Assembly: GCA_024704765.1 (NCBI GenBank)
Contig: JAKMXF010000296.1
Span: 1-64,000 of the forward strand
Reading direction: 5' to 3'
DNA from: Oopsacas minuta
Taxonomy: Eukaryota > Animalia > Porifera
DNA: 64,000 nt
Positions within the stretch are counted from its first letter, which is position 1. Each line of letters opens with the position of its first letter. A model generated the notes under the pieces. That model saw only the letters and a program-made list of their open reading frames with translations, was not told the DNA's origin and did no database searches. The translations under genes and the position numbers were made by a program. Below are positions 25,142 through 38,838 of the stretch, in pieces.

Positions 25142-25585
25142 TTCAACCGTGCTCCACGAGTCTACCAAGGCTGGCTACGCCACTGCTCCAGATCCTATTC
25201 CTTCAGTAAAATTTTAGTCTCTCTCCATATTGGCATGTCAAGCTATTTTTATACTTTATAAGAATTTTGGACCTCTAATCTCAAAGGATGATAAATTTCT
25301 ATTTGTATTCGTTTTAGAATTGGATCAAATGCATTTGTATTCGATTTGAAATTTTTGGACGACCATATTTGTATTGTATTTGGTAGATCTGTTGCGTAAT
25401 TGTATTTATATTTGATTAAAAAGAAATGTATTTGGCCCCAGCCTGGTTAGTGGAGAAGAGGTCTTAGATTTGGCCCCAATATATTTTCTCAGAATGGTGG
25501 AAGTTTGGTCGCTGGAACATTGGTCGCTCAACATTTAGTTCTTATTATTATTAGTGCATAATAATAGTGAAGTATACGTGTATTA

Positions 25586-25859
25586 TCTATATTATTAAAT
25601 CTCAATGATTGTTTGTTTGTTTGTTTGTCCGTTATCAAGGAAAAGATTTATGGTATGCAATTTTGAAATTGTCGCAAAACTATGTATTTATCTTTTTATC
25701 AAGGAAGTGAAAGAATTTAATAACTGCATTAAATATATCAAACATGCTCAATCCAATTTTCACACTTTTGGGTTAATCATATGTAAATTTATTGTTGTTT
25801 TTATTAATGTCGAGGCTCAATGCGCCGAGTTCATCGCGAAGCGACGAGCCAAAGGCTCG
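25586..25859 (+). mobile_element. Helitron-like family A, internally deleted, both termini intact
   Basis: A|TCTATATTATTAAATCTC...GAGCCAAAGGCTCG|T. It sits between A and T with no TSD and has a terminal hairpin. Confidence 0.75.
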
Positions 25860-27424
25860 TATATTATTAAATTTCTATTCTTGTCTGTATTCAGAGATCT
25901 GATTATCGATCGTATATGCTTGCATTGTCGATGGTCCAAATATCGATCATTGGATTGGATTGGCAACCTTGATTATAGGTACACTGAATGTGCAATAATA
26001 GTTACATCGAGGGTTGTTGATATATATATTACAATCCCGGCATACCAGAGTATTTTCTCCCCGGGATTATTGTCTGAATCTCATCTTCCTGTGTCATAGT
26101 GCCATGTATCCCCATACTCGTAGTCCTAGAGTGAGTTGTCCCCTGAACTCGTGGCACTAGGATGAGATCTCCCCCGAACTGGTGGCCTCAGGGTGAGATG
26201 TCTCCCGAACCAGCGACACTAGGGGTGAGTTTCCCCATTTTATATTTTCTTTCATACAATTTGGGTCCAAAGGACACCTGGCGGGTATGTAAAGTTTACA
26301 GCCCGCGTAGTTATATGAAAATTTGTACTTTAGTAGCTGTGGTTGGTAGAAAATAATGTTGATTATTCAAAATAAACTAACCTTGAAACGGGATACATAT
26401 TAAATTTACTAGGTAGGCGCTAGTACAGTAGGGGTATCCGAAGGTTAGATTTATTTGCTAAAAATTTGTAAGAATGTATCACTTTCAAAATATGGGGGGG
26501 CATTGCCTCCCATGCACTCCCAGAACTACGCTAGTGGACTCTCTTGGACATTGTAATCCTGTACTAATTTGAATCTCAAGATGGGCACTTTGATTCCTTA
26601 TAAGACTGTAAAAGCACTTAAATAAACCCTGTACCGATATAGCCCTATTGAACGGAGTCTACTGTATTAATAAATAGAACTCTCGAAGGAGTTATCTCGA
26701 ACTAGGCCCATTATTTTAGGGGGATCCGTCGTCCTACTTTATCGGGACTCCTCAAACTAGGATCAGATGTCCGTGACGGACACCTCAACCCATTTGATCT
26801 TAGTGCCAGATGTACGCGGCCATCTGGCACTAAGGTCAAATAGGGATTGAATATCGTGATTAGCTTCTCTATCACAAGATCCCAAGATTTTGTTGTTTGG
26901 TAATTAAATTTTGTATACAGATTGAATGCAATACATTTATTCGTAATATCCTCTATAGATGACAGAATACAACCCATATTAACCTTTGGTAGCGTCTAGA
27001 TTTGGGATCATTTTCTTTCATCTTCTGCATAGTTAAAAGTGTGCAAAAATAGTTAAAATGCTGTGATGGGCAGTGGCGGATCCAGGGAAACGTGAATGGG
27101 GGATGTATCCCCTAATATATTCGTTACATTTTATGATAAGCGTCACGTCGATTTGGATGAATTCTTGTTTTGGAAAATTGTATATTTGAGAACGACATCA
27201 AGCTTACTAGCTTAATTCATTAGCCACGTTCTATCTAGGATGGTAAATTTGGGGAGAAGCTTTTGAATATCTTAATGTTAATAATTACCTGGATTACAAA
27301 ATATGACCGTGATTGTATCCCCTAGTTTTTTATCACGAACCTAAATTGTTCTCCCAATATTCTTATCGCCATTAAATTTTTGAATGTAATCACAAATAAT
27401 TTGAATTTTTTCCTTATTTGTCAG

Positions 27425-29056
27425 AAACACACATTTCCCTGGATTACTTATGTTTCGCATGGTTATTATTCCAACTCCTGGAATATTCATTAATCTCTGG
27501 CAAGTTACGAATTCAGGATTACCTGGCCTATCATGCAGATAATCGCCTAATAACTTTGATTGTGAATTCCGAAAAGGAGATTTTTGTAATTAATAGAGCT
27601 GTTAAGCTAATAAGTATGCATTTTTGTTAAAAGCATGAAACTTCCACATAACATCTATATGTTATTGTAAGCTATTATAGACAAGGAGCAATCTCGAAAA
27701 CGATCTCTGGTCAGACATTTTTAATGTGCTACTTTGGGACACATTTTGAATATCTTAAAGCCTTCCTAACCTCCAGTAGGCTACTCTAATCCAATTGCTA
27801 TGTCGATATTCGTCATCAGCGTAAACTTCCCCTTCAAGTTATCACTCAAATATATTTGATACTATTTTTCCCTAGTAACGCAGGAATGTGGCAATGTCCA
27901 TTCCAAAATTTGTCATAACCCTTTCGAGTGATTCCTTGTTTGATGCCGCTAGGCTAGCCGAGTCTATTCATACACACAGCGACCCTCGATACTCGATAGT
28001 ATAGTTTCATTAACACGATTTTACTAGATGGCCCTCTGCGGCCTCCTAAATTTCTTATAATTTTTTCATATTTCTTACAAAATATGATTTCAGCGTTTGT
28101 ATTTATGAGAAATACAGTAGACTCTCGTTAATACGTACACCAGAGGACTGCCAAAATTCGTACTCCTTATCCAGTATTGTAGTGGCATCTGTTCCCTCTA
28201 ATTTGGCCCCCTCGGACTTCTGGCACTAGGGTCAGATGTCCCTCTGGACTTCTGGCACTATGACACCGGTTTCAACTGTACATACTTAGTGGCGTATCCA
28301 CCATCCAGGAGCGCGCAATGGGTAATTGATTATGATTTAGACAGAGATTGTTGTCTAAATCATTATCAATTAAAATCATTGTTATTCAAGGGGTGTGCTC
28401 GAGCACCCATTGCGCGCTCCTGGATAGTGGATACGCCACTAAGTATGTACAGTTGAAACCGGTGTCATAGTGCCTGAAGTCCGGGAGGACAGCTGACCCT
28501 AGTATCACTAGTCCGCGGGGACTCCTTGCCCTAGTGCCAGAAGTCAGGAGGGACAGCTGACCCTCTCACACCGGAATTACTCCTTAACCGTGTTAGTATT
28601 AACGAGACTCTACTGTATACTTGTAAGTTATTAATGTTGAATGTATTTGAATATTTTCAGCATATTTTCCTTTTGATAGAGTTGTCCTTAGTTGCACATC
28701 ATGTCTAACACGTAGCTCAGTAAACGCAAACTAGAGCTTACAATCCCGAACATATTTTGTAATGCCGGGATTAGGCAATGAAACACAAGGATTCCCAATA
28801 AACGGGGTTCTCCGTTTATTTGTTTTAAAATAATACTAATACTTTAATTTATCAGGAACAAATCATATTTAATTTTTTCAGATACGTATAGTCCATGCAT
28901 CATAAGTGCTCTCTGATACTAGTTACTGATTTTGGTAAAGTATGACCCAGAGCCATTAAAGATTTTCTAGGGTCCTGTGAAGTAATAAAAATAGTGAAAT
29001 TGAGTTCATTGCATACAGTCATCCTTGCAATTACTGCCCAGAGAGTTGCATCATTG
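27425..29056 (+). CDS. Candidate upstream exons (27425-27613, 28971-29056) of the 30261-38838 gene
   Basis: AG/GT boundaries with phases 1->1 and 1->0 chain into the phase-0 exon at 30261. No homology recognised. Confidence 0.35.
28115..28615. mobile_element. pogo-like MITE containing a composite palindrome
   Basis: TIR CAGTAGACTCTCGTTAATAC / GTATTAACGAGACTCTACTG (1 mismatch) with TA TSD. Confidence 0.8.
28226..28503. repeat. Long inverted repeat (~98-bp arms) with an inner hairpin
   Basis: 28226-28323 is nearly the reverse complement of 28405-28503. The spacer holds ATTGATTATGATTTAGACA / TGTCTAAATCATTATCAAT. Confidence 0.9.
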
Positions 29057-29137
29057 GTAAATTTGTTGATAGTATAAATTTTAGTACATTTTTTTGAGAG
29101 TCATTTTCTAGAGTTTTGGTATTCTCACGTTTCAGTA

Positions 29138-29607
29138 CAGTCAACTCCGCTTAATTGGGACACCGGTTATTCGGAAAATCCGCTTATTTGGGACAAATCT
29201 CCACAAAAAAAATCATTTCCATTCAAGTTAGTACTAAATATTTTCGGTTAATGGGGAAAAAATCTGGTAATCGAGTGAAAATTAGTAACTCATTAGGACG
29301 AAATTTCTTTTGAGTTAGGAAAATCTAAAACTAGGTACATTTACAAATTTCGATAATTATAGACTAATTTTGGTATTAATTTAGCCAAATCAACTTCTAT
29401 TTACTAGTAATTGTTATCAATACGATTCTGGATGGGTTGGGCTCAATGATAGAGTGGTTAACTTGCTTTAGGGGACTCTGCAACTGGAAAAATAGAATAG
29501 TGTTGCTCTTTAGTATCATTATTAGAAAATCTCCGGTTAATTGGGAACTTCGCTTAATCGGGACTAAAGGACTTAATCGATGTGTTCTGATTAACTGGAG
29601 CTGACTG
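29138..29607. mobile_element. pogo-like MITE
   Basis: CAGTCAACTCCGCTTAAT / ATTAACTGGAGCTGACTG termini with TA TSD. Relative at 62074-62236. Confidence 0.8.
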
Positions 29608-30260
29608 TATATCGATTTGATGTGTTGATTTGAGATGCACGTGTAATCCTTTTGTAGAACCACCATAACACTTTAATATTTTGTTACATGATTGGCATTG
29701 AGCCTGCTTACCACATACAGATCTCAGAAAATGTTTCCATACTTCTGCACCACCAGCAAAATTTTGAAATTTAATACTATCAGCTATAAAACATAGAATA
29801 TACGTAGAGAAATTTAGTTATAGTATTTTATAATATTTATTCATGATTTTAATAGTAATCTTCGAGTCTTTGTTTGTTAAATTATAACAACAATGACCAC
29901 AAAGATTATCATTGAACAAGGAATCCAAATAAGATGATAAAAGATTATAAGCATCCTATACAAATGCATAATTGTTTGTCTAGGAAATCTAATCAAATAC
30001 GTTTGCAATCTTACAGGCAAACCAGTCCCATTCTTTGACTCCAATTAAAGACATTTGCTTCTAAATTCGGAACCCCGAGATTGAGAAATAATCCTCGGAT
30101 TGGAAATCGGGATTGGGATTAAAAAAACAAATCCCGGGAATGAATCACGGAGGTGAAATGGATTGAGATACCAGGATGGCGGGATTGTAAGCCCTAACAT
30201 AAACTGTTGAAATAGCTAGATTCGCACATTTGAATGCAAGTCAATATTTTATATTATAAG

Positions 30261-33200
30261 CAAAATGGATCTCCCATAGAGTTATTGGTATTTCTGAGAT
30301 CCGGGCAAGACTGCTCGGACTCAAACGTTCTACTGTATGTGTAGAAGTGTTTCTATCTTCATCATTTTCTCTCATTTTCTCTCTTTATATACCTATAGAT
30401 TAAAAGAAGGAGATTGTGCATCACTCACTAATCTAGATGCTAATTATGCTATTCAATTAATCGATTCTGCCAAGGGACTGAAGAACAAGTGGAATACTGC
30501 ATTGTCTCAACATAAACCTGGAGATCTGCCAATTCCAGGTTTACTGGCAGAAATAGGAATGGTATTTAATGGTATAAGAGAATGTACTACACGGGAAATT
30601 GGTAATATATTTGGCATTAATATTTTGACCTTTAAATTTATATAATTGAATTCGATTTCGTACTATTTCCATGGTAGGAAAATAATTTGTAATCGAATTT
30701 CAACACTGTTTCGTTCCTGAATACTGATAAATAATCAAGGTCACAATGTCACCAATAACTTACTTACCAATATATTGATATGTAAAGAGATTTTGTTTTT
30801 GAAAACTAGAAAATACTATGACAAACAGTTTAAGTTGAATTATATAATTGTTTGTATACCTCCAGTTTACGTAATTGGATAATTGCACAGTTTGCACCAT
30901 GGCTACTTAATACACGGCCGTGTATGTGACTGAGGAGGTGAAAAACATCAAGGCAGATTTATTTTTTTAGATAATCTAACGCTCTTAATATCTGCCTATT
31001 ATGTTTTCTGGGGTTTTCGTATATGATGTAATATTTGAGACTATTTAGCAAGCTCTCACATCTTTCATATAATTCATGTGGTTTGGGCTCTTTTTACTAC
31101 ATTTGGATGACTTTAGAATTCGAAAGAATTATTCATTAGTATATATTTTTATATTGAATTATACTTACTTATATATATAAAGAGATCCAATAATAATAAT
31201 TCCATATTTTAACACGCAATTAATCTGTACTTGGCCGCTTCGCTTGCTAGGTCGCTGCGCGAAAGCTTAGCGCGTCAGGTTAGATTAGGTATTAAACAGA
31301 TAAATTTCTTAGTGCATTTGGTCGCTACACAAAGGGATATACTCGGCACTTTGTGCCTCGGGTATATAATATAGCAGAAATTCTAAGATTTCATTATCCA
31401 TGGTCCATCTAAATTACATTCAATAGCCTTCTATGGTGACACTTGAGATGCTATGTCGTTTTGGTTAGTAATCTCGGCACTTCGTGCCTCGAGCATTAAG
31501 AAATTCTGAAATTTTTCTTTGATTTTTGTGTAGTCATAATGACGTAATAATTCCATGATGATTTTGCATTAGGTAATAATCAGAACGTGTGGCATATTGA
31601 GGTGTACCTGTTAATTTCGAGTTACTACCATATACTTGTATATTGGCTGAGCAGTGGCCAATAATGTGAAATTTCCGACATCAAAAAGGTGACAATTACG
31701 TCATAATTTCGTCACAGGTTTATATTTTTGTCCAATACTCGAACGCGTGTCCGAGCCAGACCCAATATATCCCTGTACGACACTAATCAGCTATGGTCTC
31801 TTCTAGTTTCTTCAGTTTCCGCTATGACATAATCTAGCTCTGCAAACTTTTCCAAGTCGAATTAACGTCATCTAATTACTTACTTACCAAATTTGTCAAC
31901 AATTGATCCTATTATTTGGCTATTTATCGAGTTTTTACTGTGCCTACTATACCTAAGTATAGGGGCCCAGTATTGAAATGCTTGTCTATATTATTATATT
32001 TTTTCTATATTTTTTTCTTCGTAAAAGCCCTGCAGCCAAAACTGGATAGAATTAAGGTGATATATGCTATGAGAAGTATTGAACATATTCGTCGGGTGTG
32101 CTTCTCCCCTCTGCTAATCAATCGGGGCACCAAGTGCCACTATTTCACACTGGTCAAACTTTTGTCTGGCCTCTAGCAAAAAATTATGAAAGGAAAGGTG
32201 CCAAATTTTTCACACATTTCGAAAGAGAAAAAAATTCTACACCTTCCTACTCTTCTAGAATTTTGATATTGGTTATAGTTTTTTTGCTGAAGTAATGAAA
32301 AATTTACATTATATAGCACTATGTCATAGGTATATAATTCTATTGTTCTTAGATGTTAAATATTTATTACTTAAACATAGGTACTTCTAGTGCTGTATAT
32401 AATATGCATTCATTGAATATCTAAATCAGGGGTGCCCAACTTGATTTAATTGCGGGCCACATTGGCTTCCTCAATAGTTTGGTGGGCCACATGGGCCAAT
32501 TTATAATTTTCAGATTTATTTAGAGAAAATTTGTTGGAATATCCAAGTGGAAATGCTACAGAAAGGGAACACACATATGAAATATTGGCAGACTACAGAA
32601 AATGATAAAAAATACTAACTAATAAGAAACCCGAATACTCATTTTACCACCGCTAATACGAGTACAGACAATGATTTACTACTTTGACATGGATGACGAT
32701 TGATGACGCATATGTCTGACTATATGGTCGATGTTTTGTTCCATATCCGTAGTAGCTATTCTTAATGTATCTTCGAGATGTCTATCAGTTAAAACAGTTC
32801 TGCATTTGCTTTTTACTAGCTTCATTTGGGAGAACAGTTGTTCACATATGTATGTGCTCCCAAATAAACAAGCCATCATCTTACAATGCTTGATAAGATT
32901 GGGGTAATCTGATGATGATAAATACTTTTGATAAAAGTCCATAAGTGTGACATCATTGAATTTTGCTTTCAAGTCCTGGTTACATTGCATGTCAACCAAT
33001 TCTAGCTGGAGATGCTCGGGGAGTTCAATAGGTTCTAAAGAGAAAGGATTTGAGAATATAGCGAAGTTTACAATATTGCTACGAAGATCTTTAAACCTAT
33101 TCTCGAATTCTTTGCGCAGGGAATTGATTTCGATTGCGTATACACCTGTATCTGGAGGGGAATGTTTTGATAAGGTTTCAAAGTGATAAAGATTTCCTTC

Positions 33201-36200
33201 TATTAATTGTTTTTCCCATATCTCGAGCTTTCTTTCAAAAGCGCAAATGAAGTCAAACAAATTGTGAATAAGCAGATTTTTTCCTTGTAATTTTGAGTTG
33301 AGGTTATTCAAATATTGAGTGATATCGACCAAAAATGCCAAGTCACACAACCATAATGGATCATTGAGATGAAAAACTGGTTTCCCCTTCTCCTCCATAA
33401 AATGAAATACTTCTTCTTTGAGTTCACAAAAGCGTCGAAGCATCGCACCCCTACTTAACCATCGTACTTCCGTATAATAAAGAAGGTGTCCATATTGAGA
33501 ATCCATTTCGTCTAAAAGTTTTCGAAATTGTCGATGATTGAGTCCTCGAGCACGAATGAAGTTGACAGTTTTCACTACTATTTCCATTACACCCTGCATT
33601 CTTAATGACTTTTAACAGAGATTTTCCTGGTGAATTATACAATGCACTTTGGCTAATTTCATAGTACTACTTCCTGAATTGATCCTTTCTTTCTCCAGAA
33701 GAGCAACGAAGCCCCTTTCCTTCCCAATCATTGATGGTGCGCCATCTGTCGTTACCCCACATAAATTATTCAACTTAAGTCCGATAGCATCAATTCCATT
33801 CATCACCGCTTTATAAATATCAACTCCAGTTGTTTTATCGTGAAGGCTGTGTAAGTTTGCCAATTCTTCTGTAAGATTAGACTTTGAATCGATTCCTCTT
33901 ACAAAAACAGCAAGTTGGGCAGTATCAGTGGCATCTGTGCTCTCATCAAGGGCCAGAGAATAGTACTGGAACTCACTCGCACGTTTTTCTAAAGTAAGTT
34001 TTAAGTCTGTTGATAAGTTCTCTATCCTACGGCTAATTGTCATTCTTGAAAGGCTAATGTTTTCAAATAACTTCTGTTTCTCTGGGCACATAATTTGCGC
34101 CAAAGTAATAACACACTCCTTGATAAATTCACCATCAGTAAATGGCTTATATTTCTTTGCAATAAGTTTGGAAATGGCAAAGCTTGCACGAACAGCTTTT
34201 TCTGACTCAGAATTAGTATTTGTAAAATATTTTGCTGTACCGAAAGTTCCCTTATTAATGATCGTACTCTATCCTTCCGTATCTGCCCTGAGCATGCTTT
34301 GTAATCTTGATGTTTAGCACTATAGGGTCTTTGGATGTTGTACTCTTTCATCACTGCGATGACCTGCTATTTCTCAGTCCAGCTGTCGTTGAAAGTTCTA
34401 CTCTCGATATCAACTTTCCTTTTCTTAGAACAAGGCTCCATTAATATAAATGATATATATATTCTACAGGTAATTTAGGAGATGAGTAAACGCAGTATCT
34501 GAATTTCAATTATAAGCTTAGAATTATACTAGTTTATATTTATACACCGCTAAGGATTATTATTACTAAACACATGCACCTGTCGTGTATTGAAAATGAA
34601 TAAGAATCCTCAAAATGTCAAATACATCGAAATTCGACACCCAGCATGAATGCTATCGAAATGTGGCTTAGGAATTGTTCATGAAGAAATAGTATATATT
34701 ACAAAGTGCAAATTTTGCGCGGGCCGGATAAAGTTATTACGCGGGCCGTATGTTGGGCACCCCTGATCTAAATTTAACGGTATCTTTAATTATTTCTCTT
34801 ATATTTTTTAATATAATATTTTTCAAGTTAACCATAGATAATTTAAAAGACATGTATTTGTCTGATTATATAACCTTTGAATAATCGTAGAAGATTGTTC
34901 TAAACAGTAAAAGGGGGTAATTCAATACGCTGATTCCGAATTTAACACTCTTGAATTTGTGCCCATGAAATCTCTTCTAGTATTCCCTTCTATGAATATT
35001 ATTTAGTCAACTGATAATTACTGCAAACAAATTCAACATTTTATGGACTGGATAATCATAGTAAATTGTAAATATATTGTTTGATGTATTTGAAATCCGA
35101 GCGGAGCGAGGAAAAAATACAAAATTGTAACCTGTGCCGACAGCTTAGTCTATTAAATTCAATTTGTTTAACAGTGGCACTATTAATTGGAGGCACTATG
35201 TGCATTGGGATTAAACTTGACCTTTCATAGTGCCTCCAATTAATAGTGCCACCTTTAAACAAATTGAATTTAATAGATTAAGCTGCTGGCACAGGTTGTA
35301 ATTTTAAACTCTGTCAAGAGTCAATTAACAGATTACGATTGCATAATTTATTCGATAGGATCTATGTGGGTATGCTCATGCAAACTATAAATTTTGTTTG
35401 ACATTGTTTGCACGTTCCAGAGTTATAGTTGCAACCATGGATGCCAAATTTTTTGCTGATATTCGTAAATACCTTGACAATCTTTAATCTTACGGTCAAA
35501 TCTTGCTGTAAACATGTAGTATATAACTGATTTCCCATACACTGATAGTACATTTTATACGAGATCTCTGACGATTATGACTGTATCATGATTATGCCCA
35601 TATATTGTATTATTCATGACTGTGAAATATTCTTTGGAGATATCTGATCGAAATGTTTAACAAGGTATGAGAAATCGGTTATTACTACATTTTCCAGACG
35701 ATTTGGCCTTAAGATAAGTTTGTCAAGTTATTGGTGAAATATCAGCAAATTTAGCATCCATGGTTGCAACTATAACTCTAGAACCCGCAAACATTATCGA
35801 ATAAAGTTTCGATATTTTGCACGAAATTAGCCATAAATCCTACTAAATACATTTTGCAATCGTAAATGTATCCCGATTAGGGTCGAAGTGGTACGTTCGT
35901 ATTGAAAGGAACACTAAATTTTTACCACTCCGTTTTAAGCAATTCCCGCATCAAAAAACGAGATTTAACCTTTTTAAGTCATAAAATCACACATTTTCAC
36001 GGCATTATTCGGTTAATTGAAAATACAGAGTCAAAGTCTCTGCTATGTTTGCCAAAGAAATTTAAAATGATATTGCCAAAGGCCGATTTGTGCCTAAAAT
36101 TGGCTAATTGGGACTTTTTGTTGAATTTGGATGGAAATTTGCCAAAAATAACTTCATTGTATCACAATTTTATTAGAATTTTTCTGTTTATATTTTTCAC

Positions 36201-38838
36201 TAATAGCTGGCTAATTCATAAAATGAATTTTGAAAAACTGGATAAAATACCTGCGGAACGTCGATATTATTCCCTCCTTAAGACACTAGAATACTGTTTA
36301 TATTCAATTTCAATTAAATTCATCATTTTTTGGTACCTAGTTAGGATTTTACCTCAAAAATCAATATATTGCTATTAATTTTTCTTATTGAATTGCATTT
36401 AGGTGAATTTCAAATCTGATTTCTTCGTTTTTTTGGTCAAGCATGATTTTTGGAATATATACCGTAAACTGGGGCTACTTTGGCCCACTGGGTTTGCTTT
36501 AGCCCAAATATCAAAGTTTCAAAGAAACTAGATTTGATTCAGTATTATACTTGAAAATGACTTGCCTATTTTTAACGAATTTTCAAATATCGGTAGACAA
36601 TTTCGAATACAAATACAATATCTATTCGATACGTAAGCAAATTTTAATATTTGGGCTAAAGCAAATCCAGTGGGCCAAAGTAGCCCCAGCTTACGGTACC
36701 TATGTTGATAATTAGAAAAGCTGTGAAAACCGTAAAAATTGCCACCCACAAACATACCAAGTATGCCAATATTACCTACAAAATCCCTATGACCAATTGT
36801 CCCTAAAGTTCTTGAAAGAGGACACCTTTAACTCTAATTCCTGTAATTTTCTTCCAAAATGGACAAATAGTTTAGAAAATATTGCCATACAGAGTGGCAC
36901 AACCACCTCAAATTCCAATTTGTCAGATTTGCTATTAGATGATATATGTATATGGTACAAAAGAAAATTAATTGGAATAGGAATTCGCTCGTTATTATCC
37001 CTGAACTTGTGCATTTTACATGTATATCGCTGTCATTTCAACCCTTCATACCTCGATAAGAACTATATAAATAGTGTTAATAATTAACTAACTCAGATTA
37101 ATCGGCAAACACCTTTAGTCCGAATACTCTGGTCTAAATGACCTAATTAATCTAAAGTCTAAACGAACATTGTTAACTAAGGAGCTCATCTTTTCTCTTG
37201 CACAATGTACTTCCAGGTAGTATCTCTTTTTTTATTTAGGACGTGGAAAATATGACGAAGCAGAAAAGATTCTAGAAGCAGCAACCCAATTGTATCATGC
37301 TCTTGGCCGAGACATGTTTATGGCTTGTGATATTAATTCATTTTGCCTCGAGTATCTAAGAGTAGGCCCACTTGTCAGAATTATGTGTTTAAAATTTTTT
37401 GAACCACTCACATTTTATAGGTAAGTATACAGTATATTAGAGTACGTATTCTCCATAATCTATTGTTTTGTTGTTTTGTATTACAAAAGTCAATACAAGC
37501 AGGGACAAATAATGCGCACCCTGGGTCCCGGGCGGACACCAACCATAGGCCCTCTTGGCCAGGTCTGCCATCGCTTCATTCGTAAAATTGGCCATTTAGT
37601 GATAATTATAAATTTGGACTCTCACTTTAGCACTATTTAGCTATAATAAATTAATGATAAAGGCATTTTTGCATTGTAAACGTGTGGAATCTTATAAAAC
37701 GTGACTCCATTGTAACAATTCTTAGCAGATAGATGTCAACATAGACTACTATATCATACAGATAGGAAAGTAGCCAAGCAACGAATAAAAAAGAAAGGCC
37801 ATTTATACAAAAATAAAAATTTGTTTACTTTTTGGACATTTTTGTATTTCGATGAATTAATGTCCTCTATTTACTCATATGGTGTAAATAATTAGCACGT
37901 TTTCTTTAAAATAGATTCGGATCACATCTTAATAGCTTATTTCTGAAAATTCATAAATGTATTTTTGATAAATATATTATTTTCATGTCCATGAAATAAT
38001 TAATAAATTTTCTTCCAATAAGCTATCTTAAAACATGGATTTAACTTGAGTGTGAAGTACACGTACAAATTCAAACAATATTAGCATAAAGTTAAATAAA
38101 TGCCTTTTTTACAAAAATATTGAGAAAATGTTCAAATTATAAAATACTAACGTCATCGCATAAATGGCGCCTAAACGAGATGAAGGAATGCCGTTTGAAC
38201 TTTTAGGTAGTCTTAACTGACTAGTTACATTTTCTAACCCTAAAAAAGTTCAATTCACAAATTCTGAAGGGTTAATTTATCTTTTATGAAATTTATATAA
38301 ATGGCCTTTCTTTTTTATTCGTTGCTCGACTACTTTCCTATCTGTATGATATAGTAGTCTATGTTTCATCTTAACAAATTTACCAAATTTCATTCTCAAC
38401 CCTTTGAATTTCATAAGATGTTGCGATGAAGGTGTGAAATGCGTACTCATCATAACGAACGAATATTCTTTTATCCCTAATTATTTCATCATTATTTCTC
38501 ATCACCATGATATTATTATTACTTTATTTAGCGATAAGCCTGTTGATGAAGCTGAGGGCCCGAACCATGGTAACTTATTGAAACATTATATGTTTTCGGT
38601 CTACGAGTTTCGCAATGGACAAGAGGAATTACGCTTCAGATACTTTTTAGAATCAAGCAATGTAGGTTTTGGGACATATTATGTGGTTGGCCTCAGCCCA
38701 CCAGATTTTAGTTTTCACGCTCAAGTTCAACCAATGGGGATGCATAAGTGCCCAAACTATCGAGAGGTTAGAGAAGTTATTGGGCGTGATATAAATCAAC
38801 GTGTTGATCGTCTTGAAGCTGGAGGCTCGTTACTATAA
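30261..38838 (+). CDS. Unidentified spliced gene, exons 30261-30334, 30399-30601, 37240-37420, 38532-38838 (254 aa, 5' end not defined); TPR-like helix plus unknown C-terminal domain
   Basis: Canonical GT-AG introns with consistent phases 0->2->1->2->stop give one continuous frame. YDEAEKILEAATQLYHALG resembles a TPR helix. Confidence 0.7.
31230..31830 (-). mobile_element. Helitron-like family B copy (intronic)
   Basis: Homologous to 14379-14997 (CAGGTTAGATTA..., GCACTTCGTGCCTCG..., TGACGTCATAATTT). Confidence 0.6.
32427..34765 (-). mobile_element. hAT element, GTF2IRD2/SPIN-like transposase (disrupted), intronic
   Basis: TIRs CAGGGGTGCCCAAC / GTTGGGCACCCCTG with an 8-bp TSD ATCTAAAT. Fragments at 32679-33599 and 33612-34103 contain ALDESTD, TTDGAPSM, HCIIH and FGSTYICEQLFS. 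Confidence 0.95.
35121..35305. repeat. Foldback hairpin, ~80-bp arms and 25-nt spacer
   Basis: 35121-35200 is nearly the reverse complement of 35226-35305. Confidence 0.9.
35333..35870. mobile_element. Foldback-type element with long imperfect inverted arms
   Basis: GTTATAGTTGCAACCATGGATGC (~35422) is exactly inverted at ~35755. Similarity continues over roughly 200 bp. Confidence 0.65.
36462..36696. mobile_element. TA-flanked MITE
   Basis: ~50-bp TIR CCGTAAACTGGGGCTACTTTGGCCCACTGG... inverted at the right end, with TA TSD. Confidence 0.85.

Noticed and set aside
24431-26099. ORFs 24431-24628, 24605-24832 and 25605-26099 (and 43672-43863) as genes
   Set aside because: They lie in the non-autonomous family A repeat. 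The shared peptide EAQCAEFIAKRRAK only reflects the repeated terminus.
28880-28935. Additional exon after the TTTCAG acceptor
   Set aside because: All three frames hit stop codons before the candidate donor.
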